The position numbers were made by a program, and so were the translations under genes. A stretch of DNA of 63,736 nt, the filler included, from Atractiella rhizophila (Eukaryota): assembly GCA_021432655.1 (NCBI GenBank). It is 3 parts of 3 records of this genome, joined end to end, with 100 filler letters (N's around TTAATTAATTAA, not from the genome) between each part and the next. Parts side by side here need not be neighbours in the genome. Positions count along the whole stretch, not along the records: positions 1 to 22,502 come from MU271815.1; positions 22,603 to 44,847 come from MU271818.1; 1 more part is not named here. One strand, given 5' to 3'. Under the pieces are notes generated by a model, which worked only from the letters and a program-made list of their open reading frames with translations, made no database searches and was not told the DNA's origin. This document shows, piece by piece, positions 11,760-24,206 of this stretch; the first letter of the stretch is position 1; the number at the start of each line of letters is the position of its first letter.

Positions 11760-13562
11760 TCAAGCAGAGGTTTCGCGTATAATCTGTTCCTCAGCCTTCA
11801 ACCAATCCATCATTTGATGGCCAATTAGCTCATACTCCTCCTTGTCCCAGTCCGTGACATCCCATTCTTCCTGATTCTCAGTTTCCAGCCTCTCCATAAG
11901 CTCCTGAAACCCCAAACTATCGTTTCCTTGCAGCCGCTCCCACCCCCATCTAGCCTTCCTTGCAGCTCCCACAGAACACCCACCACTCTCTGAGCGACTA
12001 TAAACAGGAGCTCCGAGCGCGTTTGCCAGATATCTTCGGATGGTGGGATTGCTGGAAGCGCCACCGGTCACGTAGACTTTGCTGAGGACGGGTTCGGTCG
12101 TCTTTTTTGGATCAAATCCCAACATATCCGCGGTCCTGATTCTGAACGATAAGAATTGTGAGGTGAGTATGAGACGAGGGTGTTGGTCTGGTGGTGGAGC
12201 GGATATTTTGGTTGGGGGAGTATCTGAACTAGCCGACTCGGAAGGCTGATAGAAATGAATCCCTTCAAGATTTGGGGGGATGATGGTCGGTTTCAAAAAG
12301 TAGAATCCCAGAGGTGAAGGAGTGGCTCCTGGCAGAGAGGCATTCGCGTTGAATGTGTCCCAGGAAGATGAACAATATTGATCTCGGACATATTCTCTTG
12401 ATAACGAACCGTTTTTGTAACATAGCATTGCCATGTATGTTGGACGATCGGGGCGATCGGCGTGCTCTGCTGGATGAGAGAAAAGGTGCGCTACGGCTAA
12501 AGGAGCGTAGCTTTGAGTGGAAAGAAGCACTAAACCGACAAGTTAGGAGAGGTGGCAGGTTAAAATGAACGTGCCGGTATCAGAGGTCCCTAAAGATACG
12601 ATAGCATCTGAAGCTTTGAGAGTAAACGCGAGAAAAGTCATCGGGTTATCGCCAGACATTGTGAACACCCTGCAGCTGAACTGAGTGATGACTGATTCTG
12701 AGCGTGAAGTAGCTTACACTCCATCCGGATTGAAGCCAAATCGCTCGACCCACCACTTTCCCACCTTCCCAACTGGTCGTCCACCATCCAGTTCAACATC
12801 ACCTAACTTTCTCTTGAGCTCGTCACCTCTCCCCTGCCCTCCAACAACTTCCAAGAGTTTCGGGTGCCATTTTTTGTTCTTAAGATCCCAGAGATTCATT
12901 CCCGCCACATCACTCCTGTCAATGGGTTTCACCTCTCCATCGAGACAAAGCATCGTGCACAACCATGAGCTGACAAGGCTGACCCTACCTGTCTTCTCCC
13001 ATTCTTTCGGATCCTCCTCCCTCCACCTTAAGATTTGTGAACCAGTAAACCGAGCGTGTGCTCTAGAGCCGGTGATCTGAGTCAATTCCTCCTTTCCCCC
13101 AACCGCTTCTTCAATCCTCCTACATTGCTCGATTGTCGAAGAGTCCTGCCAGTTGGGAACTTCCTTCCTGGCGAACGCATCCGACATCTGATCTACCAAT
13201 TTTTTGCTTGGATCCAAGGATCCCAGGATCTCATTCGCTTTTTGAGACCAATAAACAGAAGCATGTTGTTGACCAGCACCAGAGATCGCAACGACATCTT
13301 GCACAGGCACTTTCTGCTTCTGAATCTCCTCTCCTAGCAGATCGCACGCCTCGACCAGCATCATCACAGGGGAATTGACAATGTTACTCCCTTTTGGACC
13401 AAGGTGAACTCCTTCCCGAGTGCCATACTGTGGGAGACTGGCGTCAAAGTTGATGGTGATCGACCACCTTGTCTTGAGGGAGGAAGTAAGGAAGACGGCC
13501 TTGAGAGACTGGGTCGAGCAGTCTAACCCGAGAAAGAGAGGTTCTGCAGGAAATTTTGACAT
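11760..13562 (-). CDS. XKS1: Xylulokinase (FGGY family)
   Basis: LFLGLDCSTQSLK, GAGQQHASVYW, PNWQDSST, TGSRAHARFTG, YMAMLCYKNGSLSRE, TGGASSN. Confidence 0.93.
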
Positions 13563-13749
13563 CGATATCGACGGTGACTTCTGGGATGAGGGAGATCGAA
13601 TGAGAGGGGAAATTACTCTTGATTGTGGAAAATTGTCGGTAAATTTCCCCACATGTTTGTTCAAACAAATCCGAAAGCCAGCAACAACTTCTCAGGCTCT
13701 CGCGTTCACGAAGTTGACAATGAGGAAGGAGAGAAGGAGCCAATCCTAG

Positions 13750-15021
13750 TCAAGAAGTCCCATCCAGAAGTTCCAGTTGGGTGTCATCTTGAGTTCCAGC
13801 TCCTAACAGCCAATCGCAGAACTCCTCCTCCAGCTCTCGGGTCGCGAATATACCTGGCTTCATGCTCAATCTACCTCTCGCGAGCAGTGTTTCCTTCCTT
13901 GTTCTGCCCATTAGCTTTTTCATCGCATCCACATCGCTGAACTTCCCTCTGAGGCCCACCAACTTGAGATCCAGCAGCCTCCACTCTGTCTCCTCAATCG
14001 GAGGAAAGATTCTGGAGCGGACGATGATCCTTTCGAGCGTGAGAGAAGAGAGGGGGGACTGCGAAATGTTCGGTAAGAGCTCGAGAAGAGGAACGGCGGC
14101 GTGAGGGGAACCGTCGCTCGAGATGCTGAGGAAGGTAAGCCGTTCTAAAGGAGGTACAATCCTCAGAAGACGGGTGTGGGAAATCTCATGTACTTCTTCG
14201 TAAAGCTCCATAATCAGTTTTGAGATGTTCCTGAATGTCTCTACTGCTTTTAACAAATCGGTAAGGCGACCCTGGAAGGAGTCGAGGTCGGTCTTTAAGC
14301 TCCTCATACTCTGGCTACTCTCTTCAAACCAATTAAACAAGCAATTGGGATCTCCATCGCCTTCCCAAGTTACCTTTCTTAATATCAGGCTCCTCAACCT
14401 CCATCCTTTCGCTTTCTCTCCTAGGGGGAGAGCGAAGTTGACGTGCTCCAAATCTAGATGCGCAAGCCATTTTTTCGATACGTCTATATGAGGGATGAGC
14501 GCGTAAGTGCCGGATACCTGGAAAACATCGTATGGAGGGGTGATGGCGAATCGTTCGAGATAAGGAAGAGAAGGTACGCAAAGCTCGCTCTTGAAGATAT
14601 CCTGCCATATTTTCGCATGCGGCGGATCTGGTGGTACGAGTTCCAAAGCCTTGATTGAAGTCGAGACGAGAGTAAGCAGCCTATTAGCATCGGCCCAGAA
14701 TCGCGCACACGTTCTTTCGCTCCCCCACGCGAATGTGCGAGAAGATAGAGGGTCTCGGATTATGACTTTCTTGACGCAGTGTGTGAAGGAGGGGTGCCGT
14801 TCGAGGTGACGGAAATGGATGGTAAAATCGTCTGTTGCAATCGAGGGAGTTGTGGTGCGAACAAGAAGTGTGTGATATAAAAGCGGCAGAGAGAGAGAGT
14901 GGAAGTGTCGCGAGAGCAGGTTCACGGAAAGTAGCACGGATTTGAATGGTGGATCGAGGAACGGAGTGAGGATGGGGTATATAAGTTCGGAAGGCAGGGA
15001 GGACAGCGTGGGAGGCTTCAT
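13750..15021 (-). CDS. Intronless F-box-like protein with LRR-like C-terminal region
   Basis: 423-aa ORF starting LSSLPSELIYPIL...SVNLLSRHFHSLSLPLLY, followed by LxxLxL-type repeats. Confidence 0.7.
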   Translation of the reverse strand: MKPPTLSSLPSELIYPILTPFLDPPFKSVLLSVNLLSRHFHSLSLPLLYHTLLVRTTTPSIATDDFTIHFRHLERHPSFTHCVKKVIIRDPLSSRTFAWGSERTCARFWADANRLLTLVSTSIKALELVPPDPPHAKIWQDIFKSELCVPSLPYLERFAITPPYDVFQVSGTYALIPHIDVSKKWLAHLDLEHVNFALPLGEKAKGWRLRSLILRKVTWEGDGDPNCLFNWFEESSQSMRSLKTDLDSFQGRLTDLLKAVETFRNISKLIMELYEEVHEISHTRLLRIVPPLERLTFLSISSDGSPHAAVPLLELLPNISQSPLSSLTLERIIVRSRIFPPIEETEWRLLDLKLVGLRGKFSDVDAMKKLMGRTRKETLLARGRLSMKPGIFATRELEEEFCDWLLGAGTQDDTQLELLDGTS

Positions 15022-16368
15022 AAAGAAGGTGGGTCAGCTTTAAACAGGGCTACATCACTCTAGCAAACAAGCAGTAGTGCAAGACTTGAAACATGTCCCG
15101 CCGGTTAAAGCGCTTATAATTTCTGACATCCTGCCCTCAAGATCATGGACCGGACACTCACAACAATTTAGAATATCTACTGGCAAATTCAAATATATCA
15201 AGTGCTCGAGAGGCTTTGCAACCATTCTCTAAGCTCTCTACAAGTTTTGCTTCGAAAATAAAGATATCTCACAGGAAAAATCACAGCTCCATCACCGCCA
15301 GCGAGCTGCTATCCATTTACTTTTGCCCTTAAAACAATGAATTTGGAGTGAGAGTAGCTTCACACTGTCTTGCAATCGTGCCTTCTCAGCTCCATGCAAT
15401 CGTGGCGAGGGAACCGAAACAATGCCGATATATTGCTACTAGAACCTTCTGTTTTTTTGGGAGCAAAGTGCACCGGAAATAACCTTTGTATTCAGCTACA
15501 CGTCTCTTTGAAGACTTGTGATAAACGAGTCATATTAAGGCAGATATTTCGAGATAAGAGGGCAGAATAAGTTGGCTATTCGGACAGAATACGTTCTGCT
15601 GAATTACTTTATCTAACTGCACAAACACAGTTTTGCTACAGGAGTCCAGGAGAACAATTTCTCAGGAAGAGAAATTAAATGATTGAAAGATCTTCGCCAG
15701 ATTATACGCCTCGATCGATGTGGATCTCTCAAAGACAAGGCACCTTGATTGGCGTGTTCGGTCCCTTCACACCAACCGAAGGATGAAACCTTTAAGTTTC
15801 CAAGACCTGTTGGAGCCGTGGAGACAGCAAAAACATAGAAAAGGCAGCATCGAATAGACACTCACGTTTTGGGCATGGGTACCATCCATATCATTATCTC
15901 TTTACTTCTATTTCTCAGCTCAAGCAGAATCTCATCTGTTTTGGGCAATCCACTTCAGATGGATTAATGGCGGGCAAAATTAGCCCTGCATGCATAACAG
16001 CAGTCAACAGGTGTGAGAGAAATGCTGCACGTGCGCAGAGTACTGAAAAATTTGAGCAACCAAGACACGAAGTCGACTTTGAGATGTCCATTCCTGCATC
16101 GGCGGGCTCTACTTCCAGGTCTGCGCTTCATTCATTTAGATTCGTGCCGCCAACTCCCTCAACGGCTAACGCGCGATGGACGGGAGCCTTTGCCGGTGGA
16201 GTCGGAGGATCGAAGAGGAAGATGTCAGTCCGAGCGCGAGGGAAACAACCTCAGGCTGCCAAACATGTTATGGGGCTTGAGGAGTTTGGTACGTCCATTT
16301 CTACCTTTTTCTGGGTCGCCACGGTCGTTTTGCGACCTGAACCATGTTTAAGTGAGCGAGTGAAAAAA

Positions 16369-18152
16369 ATGATGAGAAACCTTGCTGGCACCAGTCCTAA
16401 ATACTTTGAGGATATTGCATTGTCGAACGACAATACGCTAGTCGTTCCTGATTCTTCACCTTGAAATCTGCCTACAATTCTAAAAGAGAAAGAGAAAAGC
16501 TGATTTCTTTCATTTTTCTTCAGTCCGTCCATTCTCCCACGCTCCACTGGTGCGAGGAGCGCCGTCAACTAACACCAATCCTCTCCTTCGACTCTTCCGT
16601 CCATCCACACTCGCACACCAAACACAGAACACGACCTTTTTTGACGGCCATCCACTCCGTCGAGAACAGCGTTTGTGGGAGGCTGTTGAGAATGGTGCAA
16701 AGGCAGCGGAGCGTGCTGTGAAAGCTGGTGGTGGAGAAGCAGGCAGTGGTTATTCTCCCGCCTCCCTCGGCAGCCGTGGAGATGGACTGGCTATGCGCTG
16801 TACAGTGTTGGATGAGGTAGGGAATGTACAGGTTATTAGTGGTCAATTTAGGAAGACAGAGTTATGTAGTGAGCATGGACTGCAGGTATGTTTTCTTGCT
16901 CTCCGATTTTGTGTGAGGGTTGGAACGAAATGGAGTAGAAGGCTGATGAACCTGTCATATGTGTAGCCGCGAGATTTGAGGAAGATCGATTCGCGCGTCC
17001 CGAATGTTGTCCCTACAATTCTGGTGCGGAAAGAATGCATTCTGGTTCGTCACAATCCCCCTTCTTCACTACGAGATAAGGGGTTGCTGAAGAGGAATGA
17101 AAGGATAGGTGAACATGTTGCACATCCGAGCGCTAATCAAACACGACAGTATCTACCTCTTCGACTCATACGGCACACAAGACACTTCACACCACTCTCT
17201 CTTTTTGTACAACTTGGGCCATAACCTACGCTTAGGAGCGAAAGCCTCCGGTGGACTCCCTTATGAGTTTAGAGCTCTGGAGGCGATATTTGCAAGCGTG
17301 ACGCAAGCGCTGGAGAGCGAGATGACGGGATTGAGGACCGTTATTGTGGAGCTGTTGGAGGCTTTGGAGATTGACATCGGTATGTGTCTTTCTGGTTGTT
17401 CAAGACAACAGTAGCTGATTGATCAAGCGTAGATCGAGAAAAACTCAAACTGCTATTACACTATTCGAGAAAGCTTTCTGTTTTCCACAAGGTTGCCAAA
17501 CTGGTTCAAGAGTCCTTCGATGAAGTGCTTGAACAAGATGAGGACTTGGCGGCTATGTACCTCACCGAAAAGAACGTAGAGAATCGGCCTCGCGCTTCCG
17601 ACGATCATGAAGAGCTGGAATTACTGTTGGAATCGTTCAGCAAACAGGTGGAAGAGATGGTATCCGAGGCTGAGAATCTTATCGCCAATGTCAAAAGCAC
17701 AGAGGAGATCGTGGACCTCATCCTTGATTCTAACCGGAACCAACTTCTTTCGCTCGATTTGAAGGTGTCCATCGGGACAATGGGAATTGGAAGTGGTGCC
17801 TTGGTCGCTTCCATGTTTGGTAAGGCTCAGTTACTGTTCGATGAAGGAAAGGAAGTTGAAACGTGGAATTTGGATAGGAATGAACTTGAAATCTGGCTTC
17901 GAAAATCACGAGTTTGCCTTCTATCTCGCATCGACTGGTGCCGTCGCGCTCTCGGTTCTCATGGCTGCTTATGGCATTCGAAGGTTGCACAAGCTTAGGA
18001 AAGTCGGTATCGGCATTGGAGTCGCTCGGATGGGTATTCAAGAGGGCCTGCCAGTCGAAAACCGTCTCGTCGTCGCCGACAAGAGACAAAGCCGCCTGGC
18101 AGCTGCAATCAAGATGAAGAAGCGAGGCTTTTGGCAGCGCAGGATACAGTAG
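16369..18152 (+). CDS. MRS2: Mitochondrial CorA-family Mg2+ channel Mrs2/Lpe10 (start codon uncertain)
   Basis: RCTVLD, HGLQPRDLRKIDS, LPYEFRALE, DEDLAAMYLT, LILDSNRNQLL; GMN motif across a splice junction near 17820/17878. Confidence 0.88.
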
Positions 18153-18380
18153 GCCTGTTGTTGGACAGTTTAGTTCGACAGGATAAGGGAGGAATCGTGT
18201 TTTGATTTGTACCTGTAGGCATCGTACATATGTTCACCACCACTCAATTTCGTTGGAAGCATTTATCCCACTTTAGTTTAGAATTGCAATCGCAACTTGT
18301 TCCTCAACTCAAACGATGTAGATTTCTAAGATTTGTACGATGCACAAAAAATCTCAAGCATAACTTTGTACAAGCAAGTG

Positions 18381-21300
18381 TCACTCGTAACTGACCATTT
18401 GTCGTCCCCCTCTCCCACCACCCTGCCTAGACGGAGGCCCACCCCGAAACCGCCCAGGCGGCGGCCCAATATCATCTGGGTGCCGCGGTCGTGGTCTACC
18501 ATAGTCACCGCCACTAAGGTCATCTGGATGCCGAGGAGGTGGACGGCCAGTGTAATCGTTGGGATGTCGAGGAGGTCCGCCCATGTACTGTCCGGAAGGA
18601 GGCATCTGCTGTTGAAAGTGAGCAGGTGGCGGAGCATTCAGGGGGTTAGGAGGAAGCATGAATTGAGAATGTGGGGGGAATTGAGAAGGCGGAGGACGGT
18701 TATGAAACTGTCCTGGATGATGTGGGTGTGGTGGTCCTTGTCCTAAATGCAATGGTGGCCCCATTGGTGGTGGAGCAGCGGCAGGAGCAGGCGGAGGAGG
18801 GCGAGGTTGAGGCTGTCGTTGACCACGACGAGAAGCAGCAGGAGCTTGATCCTTATCACGTCGGGAAGCTGTAGATGGACGTGGAGCTTCTTTCGTCTCA
18901 GTAATTACAGTGCTTGCGTGCGGATTGACTGGCTTGGAGGGGGCAAGGAATTCCTTCACCTGCTCTCCGACGGGCACCTTGTTTCCTTCTGCCCTCTTCC
19001 GAGCGTCAAACTCGTGAGACGAAGGGAAGGCTGATATCCTAGGCCCATACTGTTTAAAATCCATCATAGATAATACATAGGGAAGTAACTCACTCTCCGG
19101 GTTTCAATGGGAGCGGGGTTGACCAAAACCAATTGTGATGCAGTGCTTCCTCTGCTGTCAGTCGTTCTGAAGGCTTGAGTTTTAGGATGCTGTCGATCAG
19201 ATCGGCACCATCATACGTATTAAGCCTGCTCGTGTTCATGAATGAAGTGCAAAGTTGGGTGAAACAACTCACCGAAACTCTTCGACGATCCGCCTCTGCA
19301 TAAAATTGATCTTAATCCCATTCTTTTGAGCGAAAACATCCCATCCGGGTAGGGCAGATTCAGTAGGCGAGCCACACCAAGAGAAGATTTTATGCAGCTG
19401 GTCGATGTCGGAATGCCCTTGAAAAATCGGCACCTTGTGGTACATCTCGGCTATGACGCATCTGCAACAAGGGTTTGCAATTTGACAACATGGGAACGGG
19501 ATATTCACCCAACACCCCACATGTCTACTGGCGTTCCATATCGACGATCGAGAATTAAAACCTCAGGAGGACGGTACCATCGAGTGACTACCTCTCCTGT
19601 GTATTCCTAATCCAATTCAGCGAGACGCTGATGAGTGCGATGCGGAGCCTTACCCTCCTCCTTCTGTCTGATCTAGAATGGATGCTTCGTGCCAATCCGA
19701 AATCAGCTATTTTGAGAACGCCAGCGTTGTTGATGAGTAGATTGGCGGACTTCATGTCTCGATGCAGAATTTTATTCTGTTATTGTATGTCAGTATTCCC
19801 CAACGTCTCTGCACAAACGAAGCAGAAGATCTACCCTGTGCAGATAGGCGACCCCTTCAAGAAGTTGCCGAGCGTACGACTTGATCATGCCTTGGGTCAA
19901 ATTAATGCTTTTATTCTGTAGAATGCCAGCAAGATCGTGCTCCATGTAGGGAAAGACCATATACGTCGCACCCGGAGTTTTCTTCTCCTCGTCGCCTAAA
20001 TTCTATTCAGTCAGGGAAAGACGGAATTAGTGAGACAGGACCAACCCTCAATATACGCTAGCTCGTTCAAGCCTACCACATTGACATGACTGAGAGCTCT
20101 CAACATTTTAATTTCACGCAAAGTCGTTACAGGCATCTACTGCTTGTTAGCATATAATCCTAAAAAGAAGGAAGACAACGGACCCCATCGTTCTCGTTGT
20201 GTAGGATAACTTTTTTTAAAGCAACCAAGTCACTGTCCCGTGCCGTCTTCTTCCTCGCTTTCCAGACGACGCCAAAGGTCCCTTCGCCCAATTTGTCAAG
20301 TAGAACGTAATCGGTAACCCTGGACACTCCTCCATATTGTCGATTCCGAGAGGTGGAGGTGTTTTTCTCTCCAATCGCTGACACAAATGGCTGCGCTTTG
20401 TCCTTTAGTACGTTGGGAGATACAGGCGTAACGGTTCCATCTTTCGTATCTATCGCTCGCGCTTTCTCCTTTTCTGTAGGTACAGGTGGGGAAACGGGCC
20501 GGACGAAAGAGGGAGATCGGGGGCGTTTTCGAGTTAGTGGGAGTTGGGTATGTGGATGAGGGGGAGGCCGTTCGATGGGTGGATGCACTGGTGCTTGCTC
20601 AGGATGAATATAAGCTTCTGGAATGAGAGGGGCATGTTGAGAGTGTGAGTGGGACGGTCCCATTTGTATCGGAGGGGGGACGGTGGGATAGTGTTGAAGA
20701 CCTTGAGCAGGCGGATATTGTTGGGGGTATTGCTGGTGATAAGGTGCTGGTGCAGGAGGCATACCCATCCCTCCATTCATCCCAGGAGGGACAGCTTGAA
20801 TCCCGCTTGAATGTGCTCGCATCATGTCTGGAGGTGGCGGATGGATGTTGCCCGATTGCATCCCCATCATTTCTGGAGGTGGCCGAGGCGGAAGAGGCAT
20901 TCCTCCTGAAGGGCCATTCATCATTTGTTGAGGAGGAGGGGGAAACCCCGATTGCCGCCTCATGAGATCTGGCGGTGGCATGGAAGGTGGGGGTAAGGGT
21001 GGAGGTTTAGATGAGGGCGGCGGGGGACGATGAGGTGGTTGAAATGTCGGTGCTCCGGATTGCTCGGGCAAGGGCGGTGGTGGAGGAGGGGGAAGGCCTG
21101 GAGGAGGTGGAGTTGTTGGCGGCGGCGGAGGTGGAGGTGCCTTCTTCTTCCCCTCAACTCCAGTCATCTTCTCTTTTCCCGTTCCTTCTGTCTTATGTGC
21201 CCTGGAGCTCTCGAGTAGCGATTCTGCATCCAAAAACACATTGACATTTTTCTTGGTTGCATGACCGGCCTGAGATGGATTGGCTTTGAGCTGAAATGAA

Positions 21301-21998
21301 AGAGGTTTGGAGTCGGTCGTTGAGCTTCGGCGCCTCTGTACAGCCCGACCTGCCTCGATATCCAATTCTCCTTCTTCTGCCTCAGAGGCCTTCCGCTTCC
21401 TTGTCCCTGAAGGTTCCTCTGGGGGAGGAGGGGGAGGAGGAAGCTTGGTTGGACGGTATTCGAAGGGGTAGACAGCTTGTTCATTATGATTGGAAGAGGG
21501 AAGAGGCAAACGGGTTGGTCGATAGTCTGTAGATGAAGGTAATGGTTGACGTTCGGCAGGAGGAGGAGGAGGCGAGCGCGTTCTGTGACGTCCGTAAGAG
21601 TCCCTGGAATAAAAGTCTCTGGGATACCCATGATCTCTGTTTCTCTCCCAATCTCGATCCCGACTTGAGGAATATCTTCTTTCACGTCTATCATTGAGGT
21701 ACGGAGGCGACCTAGAACGTCCCCGCTCTTGCCAGTCTCTACTTTCGGCACCATCACGATACGGAGAATAATGTGGCGAAGCGCGATCTCTTCTCGACCT
21801 TCCAGGACTGAGGAAACGGGAAGTCCTTCTATCCTCGATGATCAAACCATCCTCTTCGCGAACAGAGTCTCTGCGCGTGACGGTGAGCCCATCATCCGAT
21901 ATCTCGCCTTCTTCAGATGAATCCCCCTTCGATTGTTCCGGTTTTGAGATGCTTGAGATGTTCAATTTCGTGGAACTCGAAGTTGAAGAACTAGCCAT
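18381..21998 (-). CDS. BUR1: CDK9-family transcription kinase Bur1/Sgv1 with long RS- and Pro-rich N-terminus
   Basis: [76 protein letters not shown]. Confidence 0.88.
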
Positions 21999-22502
21999 GT
22001 TGGCGGTCTGCAGATAAACGAATGCGTCAGCTCATTCATCTCACAAATGAAACTTAGAGGAAAGTAATGGCCGGCAACTTTGGCAGGCATTTCTGATCAC
22101 CAAAAAGATGAACTGGTTAGGACCGAAAGGAAGATAGCTGCACTAATACTCTACAATCCAAGTTTACTAATCAGAAGTCACAGAAGCAATGATTGACTGC
22201 TCGCAAAGCGAGTTGAAAGTTTCATTTGGTTCGATGGAGCCAAGCGCAGATGGCGTTCAACCGCGTTTCAGTCACCTGATGCAGTAGCTTGAAAGCACCT
22301 CAGCTGCCATTAGAACCTTCACTTATATTCTCTCACAACACGAGCAGGGACTCTGGCATCTTTGAGCCCTTGCTGTATTATCCGTAACCTTTGGTGGGAG
22401 GAACAAATCTAAGCCAAAATCCAGAGTGCTACATCCATTCCAACATGCGCTACCGCTATAACTACATCTTGAAAATACAATAAGCACAATGGGAGGAAGA
22501 AA

Positions 22503-22602
22503 NNNNNNNNNNNNNNNNNNNNNNNNNNNNNNNNNNNNNNNNNNNNTTAATTAATTAANNNNNNNNNNNNNNNNNNNNNNNNNNNNNNNNNNNNNNNNNN
22601 NN
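22503..22602. other. Artificial contig-joining spacer
   Basis: 44 N + TTAATTAATTAA (stops in all six frames) + 44 N. Confidence 0.98.
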
Positions 22603-24206
22603 ATTCTGTGTTGGCGCACATGAATGTGAACAAACAACATGCAATGTGCTGTCATGGGAACTCGTCCTGGACCAGTTTTCCCACCTCCTTCGATTCGGAG
22701 GGGAAGCAATGGCTGATGAGAAACTCTTGCCCGAGTTTCTTAGACGAGCGAACTTGAGAACGGTCACTACTATTAGACTGGTCTTCAACCGCTTGTTTCT
22801 TCTGCGCCAATATATAATCTTGCTAAATGAGGATCTGTTCCATGGAAAGAAATGGAAGCCACTCGAACAGGTCGTGGCTGATTATCGTCCCTGCTGTATA
22901 CATCCAAATCCAATGGAGCATCCATGGATTCAATGTTTACACCTGAGGCGAGGTTATGAGGCACAGTCGGCCCCTTCTGGTTCTGGAGGAGCGTCGGTAG
23001 AACGTTTGAAAGAGTAGAGTACGACGAGTGAAGGATCATAATTTCACTAAGGAGGACTCGTTGATATTTGAAGAGAGGCAATCTAGCGTTTTTTGAGACA
23101 GTTAGCTTTGGTATCCTTCACTTGATTTTGTTTTCGTTAGTAACATGTGTCGATCATCAAGTTGTCTAGAGAGCATTTCGTTGATTGTTGATCGTCTTCG
23201 GCCTGCAAAGGTGGGTCTAAGTATTGGTTAGTGGATTACTTCTCTTGCCCTCACCGCATGTGGCAGCGATTTGTGTTCGCAGAGTGGAGTGTATTGGCTT
23301 TGGCACGAAAGTCTGCATCTCGGAAAGATGGCCGTTTGTAACTGTCGGAAGAGAAAGTGATGCCTCCCTGTGGCGAGTCCTATCCTCCCGGTTGGACCGA
23401 TGTGCAAACAAGGTCGGGAAGGTGAAGGTGAATTTATCCATCCGAAGGAGTGGAGCAAGGCAGATATCGTCTTTGTCCTCCGAATGATAGAGTGGCTTCA
23501 TGGCACGACGCAACAACGTTCCGGATTCAAGATACATGTTGACCTTGTCGAGGCATAGTGGCCTCTCGTCTGTTCCCTTGGGTCTGACTCAGCTTCAAGC
23601 TTTTCATTCAGAAGTGATCAGTCCAATGACTACTTGAACACTGTCAAGGAGTCAGATCCTATGGGAACATCGCTGCATTAATGTCTGACGGACGTCTCTC
23701 TGTTTCAAAACTTCATGTGACTGGCCTCTCCTTTCTTTCCTTATTTCAACAGTCTACTGAGCTTAGCAGACGTGGAACCTTCATACGAGTTAGGTCATCC
23801 ATTTAGGACCTAGTTTTTCACACAAACTTGGGTTTGAACCGTTTTATTTGCTATTACAATTCGGAATCCGAGTCGGAGTACATCGAAGGCTGGTGCGCTT
23901 TCTGCCATTCAATGGGCGAGGCGCACAGACACAGTTCTTTCAGCCCAAGCACCAGTCTGAAAGATCGCCAGTCTGTCACAGCCACAAACGGCGTAATTTC
24001 ACTTTGGTAAAATGGCGACCGACTTTCAATAGAATCATTAATAAATGTGTTTGCTGAAGCCTTTTCGAACATTCGTTCTTTCGGATAGCGCATTGATTGA
24101 TTTCCGAACCATCGGCGCCATTTGATCACTTATTTGTTGGCATTGACCTGCCAAAACGAAGGGCGTAGAAATGCATGATTTCAGAGTTTGTTAACGGTCT
24201 GTTTAG

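Noticed and set aside
15030..16350. Short ORFs and one GTGAGT..CAG intron-like signal between the F-box gene and MRS2
   Set aside because: Spliced frames terminate quickly and show no family motifs.
22503..22602. TTAATTAATTAA palindrome within N-runs (also 44848-44947)
   Set aside because: An identical synthetic six-frame-stop spacer. It is not biological, and gene adjacency across it is meaningless.
22603..24100. ORFs 22646-23017, 23224-23558 and 23828-24010
   Set aside because: No recognisable motifs or consistent splice model. Possibly a degraded gene.
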